DNA of 64,000 nt from Lingula anatina (taxonomy: Eukaryota; Animalia; Brachiopoda): positions 20,522,001 to 20,586,000 of the forward strand of contig CM120646.1 of assembly GCA_051362555.1 (NCBI GenBank), in the 5' to 3' direction. The notes beneath the pieces are model-generated. The model was given only the letters and a program-made list of their open reading frames with translations. It was not told where the DNA came from and made no database searches. Positions 60,232 to 64,000 of this stretch are shown in pieces (the stretch's first letter is position 1; each line of letters opens with the position of its first letter). Both the position numbers and the translations under genes were made by a program.

Positions 60232-63200
60232 ATGCTATTCCATGCCACGAAGATGCAGTGCTACAGAAGCTGGTTGTGTGCAGCATCTCTGGCAGGCGCA
60301 AGAAGAGTCCGACAACCACCTAGTGTCAGGAGTTATATACAGCACATCAGCCAGCAGAAAAGTAAGGAGACATTGCTAGGTAGTTTAAATCCAACATTTA
60401 TATATATATATATATCCACCTTTTCCAAAAAGTTCTTTTTTTTTCTTTCCTCTTTTTGTCTTTTTCATTTGTAGAGTATATTTTTTAATTTCACAAAAAA
60501 TGGATAACAATGAGCTTTTTTTAAAAAACAATTTTTACAAAATCAATTCAGGTTAAACTCTGTCATTGCTTTCGTATTATTATGATTATTAGACATATTG
60601 AACAATTGCAGGAAACATTTACTGGACCATGTATGGTTAAGTGAAGTAGGCTGTTACTGTATTCCTCTGGTCCCTCTGCATTGGTATATTTTAGCCAAAT
60701 GCTTGGTGGAAATTCTTAGCAAATAAATATGTTATACTAGTAAAATGATTATTTTAAAAGACAAATCTGGCATTGATTTGTTCATTAATTCTGGATCTTA
60801 ACAGAATTTTAGCATAGAATAAACCGAAGAATGAAATGTGTCAATCTGTGTTATACAGGTAGACCATTAAGAAATTACCAGAAGAGATGGGGCATGTTAC
60901 AGTCTTGCCAGGCAGTCAGTCACTACTGCACCTCAAAACAACCCACGGAGGCGGAGACCGTTAAGGCACAGTGGGAGCCAGATGGTGCTACGTCCTCCAC
61001 CGAAGAGGCTGGATTCTCCCATACACCAGAGATGCCATCAGAGTATGTTATACAGCATTCTGAACAAGGGGGCCTCTGGAAACATTGCACATCAAAACCA
61101 GTGAAAAGAGAAGTGCTTTTTTGTTTGTTTGTTTGTTTATTTGATTGACATAAAAATTTCTCTAATTGTCTTTGGGCAAGACAACATGTTGTATTCTTAG
61201 AAAGGCATTTTATGCTTCTTCCATAAACCTGTATTCAGTTATCATGGTGGTTAAGTAAGGAGATCAGGGGTTTCCCTAGGATTTGGGGTACAGGGAGTCC
61301 AAACTACCAATACACTGTCATTCCTCAGAAATTTCATAAGTCATCCAGCTATCTTTGAAAATTAAGGTCCTCCTTTGAGGACAGTGGCTGTCCAAATGAT
61401 GGCTGGACAGCTCTCTAGAGAAAGTCTTGAAGGAGATACTGTTTGCCAAAGTGTAAATTTAATGATATTTACGCTGTTTAATCACATTGCCTAGAAGGCA
61501 GTCCGGCTTTCCATCTATTTACTAGAAAGTCCTTGTATTGGTCATTGTCTAGTTGGTGCGATACAGTATATAAGGGTTAATATTGGATATGTTTTGTTTT
61601 ACCCTGAGCTCCTAGAGAGAAAAATGATGAATAACTAACAGCTAGAAAAAAGTAGATTGATTTGCAACTTTTAAATCTATTCTTTACAGCGCTGATAATG
61701 CAATCCAGGAACAAGCCGTAATGGTGGGAGAAAATGAAGATGGAATGGGAGAGGCTTTACTTGCTTCTGAAGTAGAGGTCTCGAACCATGAGACTGCTGG
61801 TGTGAAGTCACCAACGAAGAAAAAATGGGCAGCAAACAAAAAATCTGGAGTGCCAAAGAGCTCTGCCACTGGCACAAACATAAAATCTACATTAAAAAAT
61901 CATGAAACCCTGTTGAAAGGAATTAGGTCAAAAGTGAAGACTATTCTCTACCAGGCAGAAGGTTCGGTTGACACTGAGGCAGAAATCAATGATCTCCAAG
62001 AGAAATGTGATAAGCTTTTCTCTTGGTTAACTGAAGAGAACAAGAAAATAGAAATGAAAGAAAGATCAACAGTAGCCATGGAGTTTTTGAAGGTATTGGC
62101 TGCTTTTGGCAAATGAGAAATTTATTTTCCCAGATAACCAGTTCATATTTACTTTTTTGATCCATGTTTTTTTTTTTAGGTGTGTGGAATGTTTTATGGT
62201 ATTCTTAAGTTTGCTTGCTTTGTGCACAAAATATCATCAAAATTAGATTGGGATCATACATTTAAAATTAAACTGATGGCTGATGTTTTATAAATTATCA
62301 ATTTTTTCACTGTTTGTGAAAGTTTTCATCTATTTATTTTCAATATCAGCTTAAAGGGATAAATACTCTTGGCCAAAAACAGATTTTTCTGGGATGAACG
62401 ATGATTTTCCCATTCTTGCCAATGGTTTGTGCATCCACTGACATTCAAAGGGGTCCTGATTTTTTTTTTAAGTACGATATTTGGAATAATCTGTTAAGAG
62501 ATTAAGAGATAGTTAAGGAGGCACAGCCATTCACAAATGTCAACATGTCCTGATGGTAAGCACAGATCCAAGAATAATTGGTATAACCCCTGTTTTCGTG
62601 GTAAAATGGAATTATTTTTGCAAGTTGTTTATTATGTATTTAATGTGAAATATGAATCTCCAACGAACAGTTGTTATCCTTTAATGACCAAACAGAAATG
62701 TTTAGACCATAGGGTATGGGTAACTGTGCTAGTTGAGGTTGGATTTTCAAGCTCAGGCTGAAAGTACCAGTCAAGACTGATTTAGTTTGTGCACACTTAA
62801 TTTGCTAGTAAAGCCTGATGGCACTACTTGAGCCTTGTCTCGTTATGCTGAAAGCCTTTTTTTTTATTGTTTATTTTTTTTTTTTTTTCACTTTTTTGAC
62901 TTTGAGACTTAATGTGTGTTTTTTTCTCCATATTCTGTTTAGGTGATGCGTAAATTAGAGCAGTCCTCAGAAATACCATCAGTGGTCAAGGTTAAAGACT
63001 GGTTAGTTGAAAATTTAGATGGTCTAAGTGTGGCTGTCCTGGCAGACTTGTATCAAATGTACATTAACTCCCCAGTCTCCGAAGAACGCTCATCAATATT
63101 GACCCAGACCCTGGAGAGGCTAAGATCTGGAGTTCTCTCTCCAGAGGATACTTTTCACTTGCTGGTGCGAAGCCGTGATGCGGACTTGATTGATATGTTT

Positions 63201-63692
63201 CTACCCGTCATTAAAGCCAACTTGGGAAAGATGCAGTTCAGGGAGTTCTCACTTCTGATGCAGTCCATGGCATCAGTTCAAGATCGTAACAAAGTTATCA
63301 TAAACATGATATGTTCCTCTCTAGCGGATAGGTTTGAAGAGCTGGAGGTACGGAAGAAGCCTGTGGCACAAGTGGTTTCATTGGTTGAATCACTAGCAAG
63401 GTTACATATTTACAATGGCGACCTATTAGAAAAGCTGGCCCAGGTACTCGTGCGGAACAAGCGGTTCATGAGTGCAGCTCAGGTGTTAGAACTGTTGTCT
63501 TCATTGTCACACCTACGCCTCAGGGACCCAATGCTGCTAGCCTTCATTGACAGTGAAATTGACCAGAAACACATGGTTTTAGGCCGCGCATTTCCAAAGA
63601 AACTTGCAGATGTGTTACTGTCATTTGCTAATTTGAATTACGTTCCTGAATATAGTTGGATATCCGAACCAATGTTTTGGAGCTACTTTGAA
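60232..63692 (+). CDS. FAST kinase domain-containing (FASTK-family) mitochondrial RNA-binding protein, 3' end outside window
   Basis: Exons 60232-60379 (Arg/Ser/Ala-rich presequence-like MLFHATKMQCYRSWLCAASLAGARRVR), 60859-61042, 61690-62092, 62943-63692 (donor gaa|gtaagt). Helical repeats SLVESLARLHIYNGDLLEKLAQ, ELLSSLSHLRLRDPMLLAFI and FAST_1-like LADVLLSFANLNYVP. Paralogue not assignable. Confidence 0.75.
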
Positions 63693-64000
63693 GTAAGTTA
63701 TGATGACAGATGAACATTTCTATTTTGAAAACAACCAAAACTTTCTGCTGTCTTTTTTTTCATCCATTGCCCTTTAAAAGGCTAAGTGTCCTCTCTCAGA
63801 GTCTGACAGGGGAAGGGTCCTTTGCACAGCAATTCAAGAAATGTAAATAGACACTTAAACTAACAGAAGGTTGTATGTTATTTTATTGTTTGCTCTTCTT
63901 GGACAAAGTTTTTAAGTTGTAATGGAGTAGATACAATGTATTACTATATGGCAATATATAAAGGACAGCTTATTTTTGCCCAGAAGGATACCACAATACA

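Noticed and set aside
1-64000. tRNA, rRNA, autonomous transposase or reverse-transcriptase ORFs
   Set aside because: None recognised by eye; tRNAscan-SE and Infernal were not run, so small ncRNAs such as intronic snoRNAs cannot be excluded.

Overview
AT-rich, intron-rich eukaryotic (metazoan invertebrate, plausibly lophotrochozoan/mollusc - inference) genomic DNA; most ORF-track entries are exon fragments or noise. Manual GT-AG splicing with phase checks gives eight protein-coding genes: a 5'-truncated bacterial-like FAD-dependent oxidoreductase (+, 375-3181), a GPI-anchored Ly6/three-finger protein (+, 5838-10276), SPAG16 (-, 11099-20318), an unannotated secreted protein that resembles a TGF-beta prodomain with no mature cystine-knot domain (-, 22152-26845), KLHL18 (-, 32037-42153), lunapark/LNPK (+, 42652-48213), HIBADH (-, 52991-59048) and a 3'-truncated FASTK-family gene (+, 60232-63692). 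There are two head-to-head gene pairs, several MITE/foldback elements (one with a 9-bp TSD) and microsatellites. Most notable: (i) the prodomain-only TGF-beta-like secreted gene, (ii) repeated tandem amplification of exon-intron junctions, creating arrays of spare splice sites (KLHL18 twice, HIBADH, SPAG16), including a stop-free in-frame 45-nt array, (iii) a duplicated pre-BTB exon in KLHL18, and (iv) LNPK next to HIBADH, whose vertebrate orthologues flank EVX2/HOXD and EVX1/HOXA. No rRNA, tRNA or CRISPR was seen. All family assignments rest on motif recognition by eye, not database searches.
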